Positions 58,295 through 64,000 of a stretch of DNA of 64,000 nucleotides are shown one piece after another. This DNA comes from a bacterium (GTDB lineage: Bacteria > SAR324 > NAC60-12). The notes under the pieces were generated by a model. The model did no database searches, was not told where the DNA came from, and saw only the letters and a list, made by a program, of their open reading frames with translations. The position numbers were made by a program, and so were the translations under genes. Numbering within the stretch: position 1 is the first letter of the stretch; each line of letters starts with the position of its first letter. Location: NCBI GenBank assembly GCA_965233585.1, contig CBDDTI010000746.1, positions 480,001 through 544,000 on the forward strand, in the 5' to 3' direction.

Positions 58295-59020
58295 ATGACA
58301 ACGTTTGATATTCTGTACTTTGACAAACTTGACTCTACAAATACTCATCTGTTAGCAAATCCTGAACTGCTGAAACAAGATAGATTGGTGGTAGTGGCAG
58401 ACCATCAAACTCAAGGCAGGGGACGCATGAATCGTCAATTTTTGGCACTGGAGGAACAAAATTTGACCTTCTCCTTAGTCATTCACAGACAAATTCCTCC
58501 TGACAAAATTGGAATCTACTCTTTGCTTGCAGGGGTTGCAGTCTCTCAAACCTTGCAAACGCTTTACGGATTGCAAACTCATTTGAAGTGGCCCAACGAC
58601 GTCCTCATTCAAAATGCAAAAGTCTGTGGAATCTTGACCGAGTCTTCCAATCTTGCAAATGTGCTGGTCATGGGCATTGGAATCAATTGCTGTGGCTCTG
58701 GACAAGTTTACACCCAGCAATTCAACAGACCCATCACCACCATTGAAGAACACACCTCAAATCCTGTTGAGCGGGAAGTCCTCTTGACTGCCTTACTTCA
58801 AGAAATCCAACAACTTTTACAACAATGCCACCGAAAAAGCTCTGTCATTCTCAAGCGATGGCTCAAGCAAACTCAACAACTCCATCAAATGACCTCTGTC
58901 AAACAAGGTTCTGAAACCATTCAAGGAATGATGACAGGACTGACCGATGAAGGATTTTTAAAAATACGCTTGCTAAATGGCAAAGAACAAATCTGCTTTT
59001 CAGGAGAAACCTCTTTGTAA
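58295..59020 (+). CDS. birA: Biotin--protein ligase (no N-terminal HTH)
   Basis: DSTN, QTQGRGR, KWPND, KVCGIL.E. Confidence 0.92.
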   Translation: MTTFDILYFDKLDSTNTHLLANPELLKQDRLVVVADHQTQGRGRMNRQFLALEEQNLTFSLVIHRQIPPDKIGIYSLLAGVAVSQTLQTLYGLQTHLKWPNDVLIQNAKVCGILTESSNLANVLVMGIGINCCGSGQVYTQQFNRPITTIEEHTSNPVEREVLLTALLQEIQQLLQQCHRKSSVILKRWLKQTQQLHQMTSVKQGSETIQGMMTGLTDEGFLKIRLLNGKEQICFSGETSL

Positions 59021-59044
59021 AAAACATCTGAAAACCTCCCTCCT

Positions 59045-59311
59045 GTCATGGCTCACCTTGACACGCAATCTCTAAACAACCGTCATGGCACACTCTGAAC
59101 TTAGTCATTACTCACCTTGACCCGCAATCTCTCTTGTTTTCTATCCGCGTCATTGCTGACCTTGAAAAAAGTCATTGCGGGACCTGACCCGCAATCTCAT
59201 CTTATTTTTTGAGATTCCGTGTCAAGCACGGAATGACAGAGGAATTTGCTCACCTTGACCCGCAATCTCATTCTTCTTAAAACACAGGACAAACACTTGG
59301 GTTTGTCCCTA
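59045..59311. repeat. REP-like repeat cluster
   Basis: Same palindromic families; partly collinear with 22135-22261. Confidence 0.85.
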
Positions 59312-59533
59312 CTCTGCCACCTGCTTGCTTTTCATCATTTTTCTGTTTTTTGACTTCCCAATCTGCTTACTTTTCAGATTTTTTTGAAAAATCTTCAAAA
59401 CTTTTTAAATTTTTTAAATTTTTTTCAAACTACCTTCACACCTTCATCTTTCCTGACTTCCCAAAGACATTCTTTTGACAAAAAATCTTCAAAATTCCTT
59501 AAAAACCAAAAAAATCTCCTCAAATCCTGAGTC

Positions 59534-59569
59534 TTGACTTGGTTTTTTTTGTACGTGCATAATGCTCGT
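59534..59569 (+). promoter_or_regulatory. Sigma70-like promoter with T8 tract in the spacer
   Basis: TTGACT-18 bp-CATAAT; palindrome has one mismatch (acgtgca-taa-tgctcgt). Confidence 0.55.
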
Positions 59570-59725
59570 TTTGGTTTTTCGCAAAACTCCCATCTTGAAA
59601 ATAAATGAAGGTTTCATTTCAAGAGGAGAGTTTTTCGTGTGACAGCACCCTAAAGGGTGCTGTTGTGTTGTTGGTTTTTAATTTTTTCTCAATCTTGTTC
59701 AATTTTGTTTAATAGGTAGGTTTTT

Positions 59726-61618
59726 ATGCAAAAGTTCATCAATCGTTGTTTTGTTCATTTGGCATCTGTTGTCAAACCTTCTGTTGTCCAGACAGGTGTT
59801 TGCCTGCTGTGCATCACGACTCTCTTTGCCTGCAGTAGTGACGATGGTGGTGTGTCCACGGTGACCGTCACAGAAAAAGTAGTGCCACCAAGCACTCCGA
59901 GTGAAGTGAAAACGAGCGAGGTCAAAGCCAGCAGTGTCAAGGTCAGCTGGTTGCCTTCAGCAGATTCAGATGGTCAAGTGGAAGGTTATGAAGTCTCTTA
60001 CAAGACAAGTAGCGGGTCATGGACTGGCACACAAACCACCACGCAAACCAGTCTGATTGTGTCAGGATTACAGCCTGAAACCAGCTACACTTTTCGTGTT
60101 CGTGCCAAAGATGATGAGGGAGACTGGAGTCCTTACCAACAAAGCTCTGCTGTCAAGACTGCACCCAACGCACCAACTTCTCTTGCTATTTCAGGCAGAA
60201 CGCTCACCTTTGCCACCACTTCAGGCAAGAGTTACGAATGCACCACGCATGGCACAAGTGCCACTGCCGCACAAATCACAAACTGCACCAGCCCTTTTCG
60301 CTTTGGAGATGATGCCATTGCTAAAGACAACCTTTGCGTTCGTGTCAAAGCATCTGGCACTCCTGCTTCTGATTGGGCTTGTTACGCACAAGCGATTTTT
60401 AAGAAAGTCTTGACTAAACAATGGTCCAAACTGCTTGGCAGTAGCAGTTATGATGAAGGAAAAGGAGTGAGTGTGGATTCTTCAGGAAATGTGTATGTGA
60501 CAGGATACTCTGGGGGAAATTTTGATGGACACAGCCGTTCAGGAGGTTGGGACATGTTTTTAGTGAAGTATGACAGTTCAGGTAATAAGAAGTGGTCTAA
60601 ATTGCTTGGCAGTAGCAGTGATGATAGAGGAAGAGGAGTGAGTGTAGATTCTTCAGGAAATGTCTATGTGACAGGATACTCTAAGGGAAATTTTGATGGA
60701 CACACCAATTCAGGAAGAGGGGACATATTTTTAGTGAAGTATGACCCTTCAGGCAACAAAAAGTGGTCTAAACTGCTTGGCAGTAGCAGTTTTGATTATG
60801 GAAAAGGAGTGAGTGTGGATTCAGCAGGGAATGTTTACGTGACAGGATACTCTGGGGGAAATTTTGATGGACATGTCAATTCAGGAAGTTGGGACATGTT
60901 TTTAGTGAAGTATGACAGTTCAGGTAATAAGAAGTGGTCTAAATTGCTTGGTACTAGCAGTTGGGATTTAGGAGAAGGAGTGGTTGTGGATTCTGCAGGC
61001 AATGTGTATGTGACAGGATACTCTGGGGGAAATTTTGATGGACACAGCAATTCAGGAGGTTGGGACATGTTTTTAGTGAAATATGACCCTTCAGGTAATA
61101 AGAAGTGGTCTAAACTGCTTGGCAGTAGCAGAAATGATGAAGGAAGAGGAGTGAGTGTGGATTCTGCAGGCAATGTGTATGTGACAGGAGAATCTGGGGG
61201 AAATTTTGATGGACACAGCAATTCAGGAAGTGATGATATGTTTTTAGTGAAGTATGACAGTTCAGGAGTGAAGAAGTGGTCTAAACTGTTTGACAGTAGC
61301 AGTTGGGATTCAGGAAGAGGAGTGAGTGTGGATTCAGCAGGCAATGTGTATGTGACAGGAATATCTGTAGGAATATCTGAAGGAAATTTTGATGGACACA
61401 GCAATTCAGGAAGTGATGATATGTTTTTAGTGAAGTATGACAGTTCAGGTAATAAGAAGTGGTCTAAACTGCTTGGCACTACAGATTATGATAGAGGATA
61501 TGGAGTGAGTGTGGATTCAGCAGGCAATGTTTACGTCACAGGAAGCTCTTGGGGAAATTTTGATGGACATGTCAATTCAGGAGATAGGGACATGTTTTTA
61601 ATCAAGTTTGGGAGGTAG
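59726..61618 (+). CDS. Surface lipoprotein: FN3 + 4-Cys module + 7 SBBP-like repeats (copy B)
   Basis: N-terminal ~238 aa identical to 22677-24554; loops differ mainly in blades 1-3. Confidence 0.9.
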   Translation: MQKFINRCFVHLASVVKPSVVQTGVCLLCITTLFACSSDDGGVSTVTVTEKVVPPSTPSEVKTSEVKASSVKVSWLPSADSDGQVEGYEVSYKTSSGSWTGTQTTTQTSLIVSGLQPETSYTFRVRAKDDEGDWSPYQQSSAVKTAPNAPTSLAISGRTLTFATTSGKSYECTTHGTSATAAQITNCTSPFRFGDDAIAKDNLCVRVKASGTPASDWACYAQAIFKKVLTKQWSKLLGSSSYDEGKGVSVDSSGNVYVTGYSGGNFDGHSRSGGWDMFLVKYDSSGNKKWSKLLGSSSDDRGRGVSVDSSGNVYVTGYSKGNFDGHTNSGRGDIFLVKYDPSGNKKWSKLLGSSSFDYGKGVSVDSAGNVYVTGYSGGNFDGHVNSGSWDMFLVKYDSSGNKKWSKLLGTSSWDLGEGVVVDSAGNVYVTGYSGGNFDGHSNSGGWDMFLVKYDPSGNKKWSKLLGSSRNDEGRGVSVDSAGNVYVTGESGGNFDGHSNSGSDDMFLVKYDSSGVKKWSKLFDSSSWDSGRGVSVDSAGNVYVTGISVGISEGNFDGHSNSGSDDMFLVKYDSSGNKKWSKLLGTTDYDRGYGVSVDSAGNVYVTGSSWGNFDGHVNSGDRDMFLIKFGR

Positions 61619-61893
61619 GTTGCCAAGAGAAAGGTTGTAGTGGAGTTGGAAGGAGTGTTTGGAGTAGTATTTTGTCTTCCAGCAAGTGTTGTCATACTTG
61701 CTGTGAAAAGTCAAGTTTTTTTCTTAAAACGCTCCGTCACCTGCGGGCGTGTCTTGGTCATTGGGGACCTGACCCGCAATCTCATTCTTCTTTCATTCTG
61801 CCTTTATTTTTTTTCTGCTTTGTTCTCCCTTTTTCTCAAAAATCTGCTAGGCTAGGAGTTTAAGCTCGATAATCTTCAATTTAAGGAGTCAAG

Positions 61894-62526
61894 ATGTCAG
61901 AACGTTTAGATAGGGTTGAGGCAATTTTAGAGGGCATTGCTGCACGACAAGAAAAAACAGACAAACAGTTAACAGAGCTAACAAAGAAGCAAGAAGAAAA
62001 TGCCAAACAGCAAGCAGAAACGACTTTGCAACTTCAGGAACTGAAACCAGCAGTTGCCAGCATGGTGCGGGGCATTCAGAAGATGGAAAACTTCATCAGC
62101 AATACTTCGGAGATTTTAGAAAGTCGTCTGTGCCGTTCTGTGGAACAGGTTATAGAAAAATATGGCTTCATTGAAATTGGAGGCATTCGCTACGACGAAG
62201 TGGAACAAAACCTCAAAGGGAAAAATGGCATCACGGCTCAATATGACCTCGTACTGTTCAGTAAAACAAAGCATCTGCTTTTGATAGAAGTCAAACGTAA
62301 GCCTCATGTTAAGGATTTCCAACAAGTGTTTCGGCAGAAAGAGACCTTCCCTAAATTGTTTCCAAGTTATCAAGACTATACAATTCACTGTGGTTTAGCG
62401 GGAGAAGTCTTTTATGACGAACTCATCAGTGAGGCAGAAGAAGAAGGCATTTATCTTTTTCAAGAACAAGCGGGAGAATTACAGGTCATCACGTCTGCTT
62501 CGTTGCAACCACAGCTGGAAGCGTAG
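61894..62526 (+). CDS. Coiled-coil plus PD-(D/E)XK nuclease-like protein, paralog of 9106-9726
   Basis: Near-identical C-terminal domain, different N-terminal coiled coil. Confidence 0.7.
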   Translation: MSERLDRVEAILEGIAARQEKTDKQLTELTKKQEENAKQQAETTLQLQELKPAVASMVRGIQKMENFISNTSEILESRLCRSVEQVIEKYGFIEIGGIRYDEVEQNLKGKNGITAQYDLVLFSKTKHLLLIEVKRKPHVKDFQQVFRQKETFPKLFPSYQDYTIHCGLAGEVFYDELISEAEEEGIYLFQEQAGELQVITSASLQPQLEA

Positions 62527-62609
62527 AATCCTGAACACTCGTTTTCTGTTAGGCTGTAGTACCTTCCTTCACTCTTGTGAAAGCTCTGAATCCATACTTG
62601 GTTTGCTGA

Positions 62610-62822
62610 TAGATTCCGCATCAAGTGCGGAATGAAGGAGAGAGTTTGCAGGTGTGGCTTTTTGTCATTGCGGGCTTGACCCGCAATCTCTCTTTTTCTC
62701 CTAATTTTTTCATTTTCCCAAACGACTTTTATTTTTTGAAATTCCGCATCAAGCACAGAATGACAGAGAACGTTTGAGATTCTGTGTCAAGCCCGCAATG
62801 ACAGAGGGTCGCACAGAATGAC
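62610..62822. repeat. REP-like repeat cluster
   Basis: gattccgcatcaagtgcggaatga, gtcattgcgggcttgacccgcaatctc. Confidence 0.85.
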
Positions 62823-62901
62823 GAAAAGCCAAGCCAACTCTTACCTTTCTCACTCCCCTCTTTTTGGGGCAGTGTTCACTTGGTGTTGGTGTGATATTTT
62901 T

Positions 62902-63661
62902 GGTATTGTTAAACTATAAGTGATATGCGATATTAAGTTCATTTAATTGAATTGATAGTCATGGTGTAGCAATGAAGTTGTGTCCTAGATGTGAAAGTGA
63001 GAAGACGGTTAAGAATGGTTTTTTATATGGTAAACCGAGGAGGCGTTGCAATGCCTGCAACTATCAATATACCAAGTCCTATCGTGGTCAAATCTCACCA
63101 CAGATCAAAAGAAGAGCATTAGAGTTGTATTTGGAGGGTCTTGGTTTCAGGTCAATCGGTCGTTTGCTGAATTGTTCTCATGTTTCAGTTTATAATTGGG
63201 TCTGTAGTTTTGGCGAACAGCTCAAGGCATTAAGAAAGGACACAGACATTGAAATTATGGAAATTGATGAAATGCACACCTACATCCAGTCAAAAAAAAC
63301 TACTGCTGGCTCTGGATTGCTGTTGATAGACGTGGGAAGCAATTTATCAATTATGTGCTTGGAAACAGAGACTCAAAAGCCTGTAGGCATTTATGGGACA
63401 AGGTCAAGGAAACAAAACCTCTTCAGGTGATGACTGATCACTGCAAGGCTTACAAACAAGTCATTCCCAAAGAAATTCATACATGTTCCAAGGCAGAAAC
63501 ATACACGGTAGAAGGGTATAATTCTCTCTTGAGACATTTCTTGGCAAGAATGAGAAGGAAAACCAAATGTTACAGCAAGTCTCTTAAAGCATTACAATAT
63601 TCTGTTCTTTTGTTCATGGCAAAACGGAATAATCAACTATCACTTATTATTTAACAATGCC
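62902..63661 (+). mobile_element. Complete IS1-family element (760 bp)
   Basis: IRs GGTATTGTTAAACTATAAGTGATA / GGCATTGTTAAATAATAAGTGATA; 8-bp target duplication atattttt (62894-62901, 63662-63669). Confidence 0.93.
62972..63654 (+). CDS. IS1-family transposase (InsA/InsB, programmed -1 frameshift)
   Basis: CPRC..CNAC zinc ribbon, HTH, EIDEM; A8C slippery run at 63292-63300 shifting into KNYCWLWIAVDR...TDH...VEGYNSLLRH.LARMRRKTKCYSKS. Confidence 0.92.
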
Positions 63662-64000
63662 ATATTTTTCAAGTCTTTTATAGTCAAAGAAGAGTTTGAG
63701 AGAGTGTTCTAGCATGTCCAAAGTTTTAGAATGTCGTTTAGATTTTCTCATAAAACGAGCTAGGTTATCTCTGATGGAAGAATTAGAAGATTCAATGAGA
63801 TGAGTATTTCTCTTGCCTATTTCGTGGTTCTCTGGAATTTGTAATTGAGCAAATGCCACTTGATAGCATGAGTTGGCATCGGTATAGATTGTCTTCATTC
63901 TAGGTCGCTGTTCTTTGACCAGTGCATACAACTTTTGGGCAGCTGCCAATCCTTTGCCTATCACAAAGGCAATCACACATTGCTCTCTACGAGAGTCTGC

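Larger units (their letters stand above)
62868..64000 (-). mobile_element. Second, different IS1-family element (partial), interrupted near its 3' end by the first
   Basis: InsB-like YTDA...THLIESSNSSIRDNLARFMRKSKRHSK at 63662-64000; displaced tail and IR-like end ggcagtgttcac at 62868-62901. Confidence 0.8.

Overview
This is an AT-rich bacterial chromosomal segment with Gram-negative-type lipoproteins and periplasmic binding proteins; no rRNA, tRNA or CRISPR array is visible. The housekeeping and metabolic genes are hutU/hutI with a ProX/HutX-type ABC transporter, uvrC, a MetE-like protein, a single-chain acetyl-CoA carboxylase, hemH, ileS, a glycerol-type ABC operon, sucA/sucB and birA. They are interspersed with dense clusters of GTCAT-footed palindromic REP-like repeats. 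Accessory content: (i) three modular surface lipoproteins (one with 12 Kelch-like repeats, two near-identical with 7 SBBP-like propeller repeats), with near-identical repeat frameworks, hypervariable loop codons, a shared 4-Cys stalk module, slippage-prone tracts at their 5' ends and a linked PD-(D/E)XK-like paralog; (ii) a type II Zorya locus whose HNH gene is separated by one in-frame TAA from a DprA-like winged-helix domain; (iii) a rhodanese/YeeE sulfur operon preceded by an unannotated leader peptide with six consecutive Cys codons, a candidate cysteine attenuator; (iv) a hairpin+RBS+signal-peptide leader cassette reused in front of three unrelated genes; (v) a PIN toxin-antitoxin pair bracketed by a duplicated sucA 3' end; (vi) nested IS1-family elements at the right edge. 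All functional calls come from motif recognition by eye, not database searches.
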